From: Podarcis cretensis
Taxonomy: Eukaryota
Direction of reading: 5' to 3'
Length of the DNA: 64,000 bases
Assembly (NCBI GenBank): GCA_951804945.1
Contig: OX638153.1
Coordinates: 28,334,001-28,398,000, forward strand
The position numbers were made by a program, and so were the translations under genes. This document shows positions 61,068 to 64,000 of this stretch, piece by piece. Within the stretch, counting starts at the first letter, position 1; every line of letters starts with the position of its first letter. The notes below the pieces were generated by a model. The model did not search any database. It had not been told where the DNA came from and saw only the letters and a list, made by a program, of their open reading frames with translations.

Positions 61068-61872
61068 TCTCGTGCATACCCATGCATAGAGAGCATCAAA
61101 CAATGCACAAGGAAAGGCAAATTACTTAAGCAGCATCATGACCATGGGCTTGGAGGAAGAATTAAAGGCCGAGAGGGAATTGCTCACAGGGCTAACCACA
61201 GTGGTCTCCAGAAACTGCAGTACATGATGAGGCTATTCTGCCAACACATCTGTGACCTGAGAAAGTTGCATTGATGCTCTCTGACCTTGAGGCTGCTTGC
61301 CCAGAAGTCCCACCAAACCAGAGTCTTCGCCCTAAGCACGTATAACAAGTCCCCTTTAAAAAGAGGAATATTTCAACCATTTCAACATTGTTCTGAATAT
61401 TTCAACCATTTCAACATTGTTTCACCTTGCTCTACTAGAGTCAGCTCCTGGATCAGAACAGCTACTTCAAAAAAGAAAAAGAAAAAAGAAGTAGTCCTGG
61501 ATAAAGTGTGCTTTCACCCGATTTCCTACTTGTACAATCTGAGTTCTTTAAACATGGTGACAGGATGTTATTATCACATGAATTGACATCTGAGGTGTGT
61601 ATCCTCTGGCTAAGACATCTATTCCATTGTTGGTACGGCATGACTAGGTGCAGAGTAGGTCTGAATTCTATCTTCTATTGTGGCTTTTGAGAGAGAGGAG
61701 GCAAGGGGCAATCAGTCTGGATTTTTAGCTTCAAAAGGTGTGCTTAACTTAAAGTTGTGTCCTTTTCTGGAATAGCATTATGCCATAACTGAGGCTAGGA
61801 CCCAACCTCTGAATGAGCTTTGGCTTCCTCCTAAGTCCCTTGCTTCCTTGCCTCATCTGCAACCCTCTAAAA

Positions 61873-62006
61873 TAGGGTTTCCCAAACTTGGGTCTCCAGC
61901 TGTTTTTGGACTACCAACTCCCATCATCCCTAGCTAGCAAGACCAGTGACCAGGGATGATGGGAATTGTAGTCCATAATCAGCTGGGGACCCAAATTTGG
62001 GAAACT
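61873..62006. mobile_element. Palindromic hAT-like MITE
   Basis: tttcccaaacttgggtctccagctg..tcccatcatccct / agggatgatggga..cagctggggacccaaatttgggaaa. Confidence 0.8.
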
Positions 62007-64000
62007 GCTCCAAACTGTTCCCCTATGTGCCAGTCTTATCATGCTACTCTTGCATCAATGTTTCACCCTGGTTACACCAGCATAGATCCATCTCATCATC
62101 ATACCAGTGGCTCCACCACTACAGCTACGCTATCCTCATCAAGAAGTTATAAATCAAGGATAGGGTTGTGCTTGAAGATTTACTTTTGAAAAACTTATGT
62201 AGAAGAGCTGCACTGACTAGCAGAACAAAGGGCTGAACCTTCTTAGGTGCTCTATGGCAACCTGGTTTTTTTTAATCAGAAGAACATTTAATTTCCAGTA
62301 CTCCATTTTATTAATAAAACTGACCTACATTTCAGAAACATGATATTGCTGAAAAGAGTACATTGTAGTCTACATGTTACCTTGCAGCTATTCTGTAAAA
62401 GCCCTGAGCGGTGGCTCTTTTTCATATTACTATTGTACAGTAATTCTGATGCAATTCGTACAGGTATCAAAAGGAGAGGATGAGCAGCTTCTTAGTTCTT
62501 GATTCTTACCTCACACATGCTGGCCCTAAAAAAAAAAAAAATACACACAACAGAAAGTTAACAGAAATATTCAAATCCCCAATGCACATATATAGCCTTT
62601 GAGGGGAATATCTTGCAGAAAAAGAGAATAAAATCTTTATTCACATCGCTTTTGGATGGCATCACTCTCTTCTGTGGTTTTCAGTCCTATGGTTGCCACT
62701 GTTTTCCTGATAGAGACTGTGCTGTTCACAGTGGCATAGGAGAATTAAACAGTGTTTCAACTATAGGCAAAGTTCCCTCCTGTTGAATTTCTCATCTGCC
62801 ATGTAGCTGTTAAAAGCAAAGATCCTCTATCAACAAATGGGGCGGGAGTGGGTGGGGAACAGCTCTAATTGGTGCTGGAAAGAAGCACTTAGATTAGTTT
62901 TCTGACCAAGCATTTTCATACAGTTTCAAACACAAGCTGTGATTTCCCTTGAATCCATCTGGTTTTTTCTGGTAGTAACAGGAAGACTGTCCTTCACATA
63001 GTTGCCTCTATTTGTGGCAGGTAGTAAGCAGGCAAGCGTCCTTATTGATTCTGCCATGCAAACTTCAGCTGGACATGGCAGCAGCATCAGTTAGTTCAGT
63101 ATAAGAAGACTGCATTTAGACATATTAAAATTTATTTTCTTCAATACTTTTTTGCCTTCCTGGTAAAATAAGTTATCAAAGTGGCTTACAACATAATCAT
63201 TTGGATGCACATTTAATATACTGGGAAATATGTATTTAAGAATGATCCATCATCATATCATCTGCTTCCTGACCTTGTCCAATCATACAATTTTAAAATT
63301 AAACTTCACGGGGGATCTCCAACTCAAAGAAAGGAAACCAAATTGCATGCCAAACCAATATCTTAAAATCTTAAGTTAATATTGAAAATCCTGCAGGTCA
63401 CATTTACTTATATTTAAAAAATAATTATGCAAAATCATCAGTAGGCGAACTATAATATGCATAACTGAAGTGAGTTAAATGATATGAAGAGTTCCTTGAA
63501 CAAATAGCTATGGGGAACATGTACTTATACATATACAGAGCCATTAGTGAGAATCCATAAGTCTGCTTAATTAGACTTAATTTCAATACTGCTGTAGTCA
63601 ACACAGAAGCGGGGAGATATGAATATAGACGTTGATGTGGTTGTACGATAAGGGGCTAATTGGATGAATTGGTTTTGACTAATCAGGAAACAGAAAACTT
63701 TGAAACAGGCATACATGCTGTAGGTCTATTCAGCAACCATATCCGCCATCTCTTCTGACGGTGAAAAGAATCTTAAATGACTTTCAGAACAAAGATCATA
63801 CAAGCACTTTATCAGTAGTATGGGTTCTACAAATACAGCTTAGAATAGCGCTGATAAATCTTAGGATCTATAAGGTAGCCTTTCCTAGTTTCAGCTCTCT
63901 GTGTGTTTTGAGTCCATAGATGTTTGAAATCCTTGGATTGTGGCTCTTCTGGAGAACTTTGGGCATGGAGCTATTTTGTAAGAAGTGAGTGACAACTGTG

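Overview
This is vertebrate genomic DNA, most likely from a lacertid-type lizard, inferred from the Sauria SINE, Squam3-like and tRNA-Lys/CR1-tail SINE content. No host protein-coding exon is recognisable, so it looks like an intron or gene desert dominated by transposable elements. (1) An L1-clade LINE ORF2 at 1-4078 is broken by a 446-bp microhomology-flanked tandem duplication. (2) A very young, internally deleted Ngaro-type tyrosine-recombinase retrotransposon lies at 46731-50330 on the minus strand. It has split direct repeats A1-[YR][SGNH hydrolase]-B1-A2-B2, with ACAA at both ends and at the internal B1|A2 junction. (3) There are three ORF-less units related to its repeats; one is nested in inverted orientation inside B2 at an ACAA site. 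(4) A Penelope-like terminal fragment carries a minimal hammerhead ribozyme at 10956-10995 (minus). (5) Many SINEs, LINE 3' fragments and MITEs make up the rest. The best leads are the Ngaro repeat system (ACAA crossover core, possibly mobile solo A-B units, a covarying stem in B, a splice acceptor before the SGNH domain) and the hammerhead. All alignments were done by eye, and family names come from recalled consensus features rather than database searches.
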